NCBI GenBank assembly: GCA_965207885.1
Contig: OZ242311.1
Location: forward strand, 5,408,001 to 5,472,000
Direction: 5' to 3'
DNA length: 64,000 bases
From: Candidatus Latescibacterota bacterium
GTDB taxonomy: Bacteria > Latescibacterota > UBA2968
Position 1 is the first letter of the stretch; the number at the start of each line of letters is the position of its first letter. This document shows, in pieces, positions 58,781 to 64,000 of this stretch. The position numbers were made by a program, and so were the translations under genes. Below the pieces are notes generated by a model, which did not search any database, was not told the origin of the DNA, and saw only the letters and a list, made by a program, of their open reading frames with translations.

Positions 58781-59893
58781 TTAAGTCATAGGATCTCGTT
58801 TGAGCAAAGGCAGGGGATTGGGTGTGACGAGCACACCGCCATTTTCATAGGACTCAATCGCCGCCCAGGTGTATTCGAGAGCCGCGAGTGCATCGTGACC
58901 CGAAGCGCGGAGTTCTTCCCTGGGCACACCATTGGTAACATCCTCGAGAAACGCGTGGATGCGATTGGGAAAGGTGGAGCCAAAGTCAGCAATCCCCGAA
59001 TCATCAACAATGGGATCGGGTGCGGCACCGTGCGACATATTCTCCGGCATAGGTGCTGTGCCGGGCGCGGGCCAGAAAGTGATTTTTTCAACGCAATTTT
59101 CAATACAAAAAGTCCCTCGCGTACCCGCCACTTCAACGCTCCACCAGCCGCCCAGACCAAAAGTGACATCGCCGCGCTGGCTCAACAAATAACCCATCGC
59201 GCCGCTTTCAAAACGCACGTGAATGCTATTGAGGGAAATCATGAGATCGCCCGCTTGCTTGCGAAAACTGGGACGGTCAAAAAATGCCTGCACATGGGTG
59301 ATATTGCCGCAAAAATCGCGCATCACGCTAAAAGGATGCGTGAGAAAAGCCTTGACGTGAAAATAGGGATGCCCCCACGACTTCGGCCCTTTGCCTGGTC
59401 TATAAGTCGCTTCACCACCTGCAAAACCCATTTTGTGAATACAGTAAATTTGTTCGCCCACTTTGCCTTCTGCGATATATTCTCGCGCCTTGTCCGCCGG
59501 TTGAGAAAAATAATGGTTGAGATTGCAGCCGAGGTACAAATTTTGTTCTGCGGCATAAGCGACCATATCGCGGGCTTCATCAATATCGTTGGACAGGGGT
59601 TTTTCACACAAAACGTGTTTGCCAGCGGCGAGAGCCTCCATCGTGGGTTCATAGTGCCAACTGCCATTCTCATTTCCCCCGGTCGTAACATCGACAATAT
59701 CCAGGTCTTCGTTCCCCAACATGTCTCTGAGACTATAATAAGCTCTAACCCCGTGTCTTTCCGCAGCCTTATCTGCGGACTCTTTGACAACATCGCACAC
59801 CGCAACGAGATCTGCAAGATCGTCTTCTACATGACAACCCGCATGCCGATTGCCGACACCACCCATACCAACAACGCCAACTTTAAGTGCCAT
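58781..59893 (-). CDS. Gfo/Idh/MocA family oxidoreductase
   Basis: VGVVGMGGVG, GKHVLCEKP. Confidence 0.9.
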   Translation of the reverse strand: MALKVGVVGMGGVGNRHAGCHVEDDLADLVAVCDVVKESADKAAERHGVRAYYSLRDMLGNEDLDIVDVTTGGNENGSWHYEPTMEALAAGKHVLCEKPLSNDIDEARDMVAYAAEQNLYLGCNLNHYFSQPADKAREYIAEGKVGEQIYCIHKMGFAGGEATYRPGKGPKSWGHPYFHVKAFLTHPFSVMRDFCGNITHVQAFFDRPSFRKQAGDLMISLNSIHVRFESGAMGYLLSQRGDVTFGLGGWWSVEVAGTRGTFCIENCVEKITFWPAPGTAPMPENMSHGAAPDPIVDDSGIADFGSTFPNRIHAFLEDVTNGVPREELRASGHDALAALEYTWAAIESYENGGVLVTPNPLPLLKRDPMT

Positions 59894-60073
59894 AATGTAT
59901 CTCCAAAAAGAGGTGAAAAAATCAAACGCGAATCGCGTAATCTAAATCTAAAGTATCCCGCACTCAAACCGCTTGAGCACCTCGCCCAGTCCGGACAACG
60001 GCACCACCTCACCATAAATAACCGAAGATGTGACAATATGCAACTTGAACTTTCAAATTTACCCCATTACCCA

Positions 60074-61813
60074 TTACGCTGCGCTGGCCTTACTCCGAAT
60101 CTCCGTCAGATGGAAAGGCGTTGCCGCCCGTCCGCCCTCGGGTAGCCCAAGAGGCAATTTTACATCCAGCAAAAAGGGGCGTTCCTCGCCCTCCACCACA
60201 TCCAATCCCCGCGCAATAGCACCATCCAGATCCGACTCCTCATTGACCTGCATCCCCTCCACACCAAACCCCTCTGCAATTTTCACCGGATCAATCCCAT
60301 CCAGAACCACGCCCGGATATTCTCCCGTCTCCTTCATCACACCGCCCGCCCGCTCAAAATTAGTCGCCACAATCCCATAAGACCGATTATTTGGAATCAC
60401 AAAAAGCACCGGAATCTGGTGGTGGGCAGCCGTCCAAAGCCCGGAATCGGCATAATACATCGACCCATCGCCCACCAACCCAACTACGGGCTTGTGCGGC
60501 ACCGCCAGTTTCAACCCAATCGTACCACCAATCCCATAACCCTCCGATCCCCCAGCCGCCCGGACATAGGCATTGCGCCCCGCGCCATACGCATCTCCTC
60601 GACTATCTATTGGCAAAGCGTATTGCTCGACCATCATCAAACCACCGCCCAACCTCTCCAGCCCCCTATCAATTGCATCCACCAGCACATAGGGTCTCAC
60701 TTGCCCGGCCTCCTGTGCCACGCGCTTTGCCGCTGCTTTTCGCTTTGCGTGGAGTGAAGCAGCGTGCATCTCGGCGCGGGCGAGACGCTCGGCAAAAGAC
60801 ACCTGAGGCGAAGCGCGCTCAATACATTCAAGCGTCCTGAACTCATCTGCCAAAATCGCGAGATCCAATCCCGGAAGATTCGTAAAATTCTCGACATCTG
60901 GCCCAATCCCAATCAGGCGTTGCGCCCCCGACAACGCATCGAAATCCTGGAGTTTTCCGCGACCATTGTGACGCACGCCAATGCACACAATCAGATCGGG
61001 TGACACCTCGGCAATAGCCTCTGCGATCCGCCCGCAGTGCAGGCTGTGGCTTTGCGGAGTCCTGCGCATCTCCGTCCATGTACCCGCAATCGGGCAGCCA
61101 TACTGCTCGGCCAACGCCATAACCCGCGCCTCTGCCCCGCTCTTCCAAATACCGTCCCCAACATAAAACAGCGGCCGCTGGGCATCGGACAACGCGCGAA
61201 TAACGGCTTCGACATCCTCATCTGCCGGATAACCCGCCCGCACAGACTGAATCTCCCCCTCAATAATCTCTGTACTCACCATATCATTTCCGAGCAACCG
61301 ATCGTAAACAGCGAGATGAACCGGACCGACCGGCGGTGTTTTGGCAACGCGCAGTGCGCGCTCAATCGCCTGCGGCAAGCCATCCGATTCAATCACCGTC
61401 CAGCTCGCCTTGGTAAAAGGCTCTGCAATCGAAGTCGGCCCCACATTATGCGTCAAATCCAGACCCACCCGGTCTCCATAACTCCCCGTATCCCCCGCAA
61501 ACGTGAGCACCACAACGGGCAGACTACCACTCCAGACATTGATCAACTGCCCCAAACACTGCGCCAATCCGGCACCCAGATGGACGACCATCACAGCCGG
61601 ATCGAGATTCCCCTGCGTATATCCCCCCGCCATCGCGGCCACACTACCCTCGTGAAGTGCCAGAATACCGTGAACATTGGGATTTATGTGGAGCGCATCA
61701 AAAAAGAGAGCCTCCCGAGAGCCAGAGTTGTTAAACACATACTGCACACCCAGCGCGGCGAGTTGTTCTACGATAATTTCGGATGGGGTTGCTGTAATAG
61801 ATCTCTTTTTCAT
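60074..61813 (-). CDS. Thiamine diphosphate-dependent enzyme, benzoylformate decarboxylase-like
   Basis: VFNNSGSRE, LHEGS, GDGSMYY...NNRSYG. Confidence 0.85.
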   Translation of the reverse strand: MKKRSITATPSEIIVEQLAALGVQYVFNNSGSREALFFDALHINPNVHGILALHEGSVAAMAGGYTQGNLDPAVMVVHLGAGLAQCLGQLINVWSGSLPVVVLTFAGDTGSYGDRVGLDLTHNVGPTSIAEPFTKASWTVIESDGLPQAIERALRVAKTPPVGPVHLAVYDRLLGNDMVSTEIIEGEIQSVRAGYPADEDVEAVIRALSDAQRPLFYVGDGIWKSGAEARVMALAEQYGCPIAGTWTEMRRTPQSHSLHCGRIAEAIAEVSPDLIVCIGVRHNGRGKLQDFDALSGAQRLIGIGPDVENFTNLPGLDLAILADEFRTLECIERASPQVSFAERLARAEMHAASLHAKRKAAAKRVAQEAGQVRPYVLVDAIDRGLERLGGGLMMVEQYALPIDSRGDAYGAGRNAYVRAAGGSEGYGIGGTIGLKLAVPHKPVVGLVGDGSMYYADSGLWTAAHHQIPVLFVIPNNRSYGIVATNFERAGGVMKETGEYPGVVLDGIDPVKIAEGFGVEGMQVNEESDLDGAIARGLDVVEGEERPFLLDVKLPLGLPEGGRAATPFHLTEIRSKASAA

Positions 61814-61996
61814 ACCCCTGACCTCCTTGGCAATTTGTCCTCAAAAAAATCCATTGTGAAGTATGATAACCTCGCACCCAGAACAGCACAAGCAATACCA
61901 GAACAGGTGAGATTTCCATTGTCGCGCTCGGGATGCACTTTATATTGCTGCGGCAAAACCACCATATCTTCAGAGTTTTATTAACAGGAGACCACA

Positions 61997-63079
61997 ATGA
62001 AAATCACAGATATCAAAATGACAGTTGTAAAACAACACCTGGAGAAACCATTCTGGAACTCGATTGTCACCACGCGCTCCAAGTCCCGCACCAGATTGGA
62101 GATCTATACAAATGAGGGCCTCACGGGCATGACCATGTGTTCGGGATCTGTTCGAACAAAACTGAACACCCTAAAAGAAAAATTGATCGGCGAAGATCCC
62201 ATGCGAATCGCGTATTTGTGGGAAAAACTATTCATGGGCGGCACGCGCAAACCCATAGCCAAAGGCGAATACATCAACGCAATCAGCGCAGCCGACAACG
62301 CCCTCTGGGACTTAAAAGGCAAAGCATTCAATCAACCCGTGTGGAAATTGCTCGGCGGCGTACAAAACAAACTGTGGGCCTATGCCGCAGGTGGATATTA
62401 CGAAGAAGGCAAAGGAATACCAGAACTCTGCGAAGAAATGACAACCTATGTAAGCCAGGGATTTCAAGCAGTAAAAATGAAAGTGGGATGGCCCGGCATC
62501 ACATTGAAAGAAGACGCAGAACGAGTGCATGCCGTACGCAAAGCCATAGGCGACGACATCGCCCTGATGATCGACGCGAACAATGCCTGGGACGCGCATA
62601 CCGCAATTCGATTTGGACGCATGATCGAAGCCTACGACCCCTACTGGTATGAAGAACCCGTGCGCCCGGATGATCTCGAAGGCTCGGCACTCGTCGCCGA
62701 GGCACTGGACTATCCGGTTGCCAGTGGAGAAAACGAAGCCACGCGCTGGGGATTTCGCGACCTGATCGAACGCGGCGGTGTACGCATCGTCCAGGCCGAT
62801 CCAAACAACTGTGGCGGAATCAGCGAATGGATGAAAATTGCGGCCATGGCCAGCGCCCATCATTTGCAAATGGCCCCGCATGGGCAGGGAGCCCTGGGTT
62901 GCGTCTTAGTCGCCGCAGTAGATAATGGACTGGTAGTGGAAAATTACCTGCGAAACTTCAGCACAGATATGGTAGGCGATTTAGAATTTAAAGACGGACA
63001 TGTCATTATGAACGACGCGCCCGGCCTCGGCATTGAATGGAATGAAGACCTGATCGAAAGATATGGAGAAAAGTATTAG
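61997..63079 (+). CDS. Mandelate racemase/muconate lactonizing enzyme family
   Basis: DNALWDLKGK, KMKVG, MIDAN, YEEP, GEN, APH, PGLG. Confidence 0.92.
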   Translation: MKITDIKMTVVKQHLEKPFWNSIVTTRSKSRTRLEIYTNEGLTGMTMCSGSVRTKLNTLKEKLIGEDPMRIAYLWEKLFMGGTRKPIAKGEYINAISAADNALWDLKGKAFNQPVWKLLGGVQNKLWAYAAGGYYEEGKGIPELCEEMTTYVSQGFQAVKMKVGWPGITLKEDAERVHAVRKAIGDDIALMIDANNAWDAHTAIRFGRMIEAYDPYWYEEPVRPDDLEGSALVAEALDYPVASGENEATRWGFRDLIERGGVRIVQADPNNCGGISEWMKIAAMASAHHLQMAPHGQGALGCVLVAAVDNGLVVENYLRNFSTDMVGDLEFKDGHVIMNDAPGLGIEWNEDLIERYGEKY

Positions 63080-63086
63080 AGGATGT

Positions 63087-63992
63087 TCAATTCCCGTCCC
63101 GCTCTGAGTTTCGTCGCGCGATCCGTTCGAGTTGCGGCTGGATAGAAGACATCACAGCCGCGAATACGACGAGCGCCCATCCAACCGACAAAATCATCTG
63201 GGCACCTACGAGTGCCCACGCGGCGGGCGAGACCGGGACAATAGCAGTATAGTCTCTGGTGAGTGCCCTGAAAAACGAGAAAGCCACCCAATCCACAATT
63301 TCGGTATCGCTACCGCCAGTGAAAGAACCGGGGATAAACCGCTCCAGCGTACCATAGAACCCGGCGAACAGAATGATAATAGTGAGATAACCAATCGCAA
63401 AACCCCCGATTGGCACCCACATCACGCGGAGATAATCAGCGAGTTGGACATATACGCGGAGCCGTGGCTGCATCCAAACAGCAATGGCGCGACCAAGAAG
63501 AAAAAAGATAGTCGGTATCCCCAACTGCGACACTGAGACGAACAAGACGACCCCATGCAGAGGAGGCCCTTCATCGTTAAACTGCCAGTCCCCAATGATG
63601 AGCGCAGCATATAGGGCGAAGGTACCGATAATCAGCAAGACCGGCGGTCGGGAATAGCGCCGCCCGTCGAGATTACGACTGAAGAAGCCCGCGATAAGTG
63701 CCATTGTTGGCATGAGCGCAAGAGGCACAATAAAACCAATCGGCCCCAGTACAGGCAGCAGGCCAAAAGCAAGCAAAACACACATCATCAACGACTCAAG
63801 GCTCGCTTCCCGATATGTCTGGAAGCGCGTTGTTCTAAGCCCGTCAATCAAACCAACACCGAGACCGAGAACTGGCGGGATGCAAACGCCTGGTCCATAA
63901 GCAAAGTCCTGACCACCCACAATCAGCACCATAACCATCCCGAGAACCGACCCAACCAGGATACCCACCGACAGGCCATTCCGCTCGCCCAT
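63087..63992 (-). CDS. Multi-TM protein with C-terminal ion-channel-like pore module; start may lie beyond the window
   Basis: TM, then WVAFSFFRALTRDYTAIVPVS, then TM, resembling F-S-F-x-T-x-T-T-x-GYGD-I-x-P. Confidence 0.6.
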   Translation of the reverse strand: MGERNGLSVGILVGSVLGMVMVLIVGGQDFAYGPGVCIPPVLGLGVGLIDGLRTTRFQTYREASLESLMMCVLLAFGLLPVLGPIGFIVPLALMPTMALIAGFFSRNLDGRRYSRPPVLLIIGTFALYAALIIGDWQFNDEGPPLHGVVLFVSVSQLGIPTIFFLLGRAIAVWMQPRLRVYVQLADYLRVMWVPIGGFAIGYLTIIILFAGFYGTLERFIPGSFTGGSDTEIVDWVAFSFFRALTRDYTAIVPVSPAAWALVGAQMILSVGWALVVFAAVMSSIQPQLERIARRNSERDGN

Positions 63993-64000
63993 GCGCAGGC

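Noticed and set aside
59945-60050. Protein-like minus-strand stretch (IVTSSVIYGEVVPLSGLGEVLKRFECGIL)
   Set aside because: No convincing start or RBS and no recognisable family; a gene remnant is possible but unsupported.
58721-60145. 474 aa plus-strand ORF, and similar ones at 45509-46609, 47163-48116 and 61037-61984
   Set aside because: Antisense to clear enzymes, with no recognisable domains.

Overview
A 64 kb, gene-dense bacterial chromosome segment. Secreted proteins with C-terminal EF-hand/dockerin-like tags, several PhyH/TauD dioxygenases and a sulfatase resemble Latescibacterota/Gemmatimonadota-type (possibly sponge-associated) genomes; this is inference only. No rRNA, tRNA, CRISPR array or transposase was seen. 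The centre (about 13.9-44 kb) is a metal and cofactor scavenging cluster. It holds (i) a 3.3 kb tandem duplication of a cassette of His/CxxC/RSPP leader peptide, His-motif lipoprotein and ZnuD-like TonB receptor; (ii) MerC-like, DUF3299 and ZrgBC-like ABC genes; (iii) a GC-rich Fur/Zur-CbiMN-CbiQO-COG0523-WD40-COG0523 block whose fused cbiMN gene is split by a 159 bp MITE-like insertion; (iv) a cobalamin-riboswitch operon for uptake and CbiZ-type cobinamide salvage, interrupted by hicBA; and (v) cysteine-poor L33/L28 and FolE2. The flanks hold folA/thyA, a ZTP riboswitch with a purH-like gene, a Cys-rich MerR plus sigma factor pair with twin operators, hemB/cysS/lgt, an orphan adenine methyltransferase, a cytochrome c-PCuAC-SCO unit and catabolic enzymes. 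An FG-GAP gene carries a copy of the cytochrome c promoter and signal peptide. The best candidate for an undescribed system is the duplicated, putatively metal-sensing ribosome-arrest (RSPP) leader peptide cassette controlling TonB receptors.
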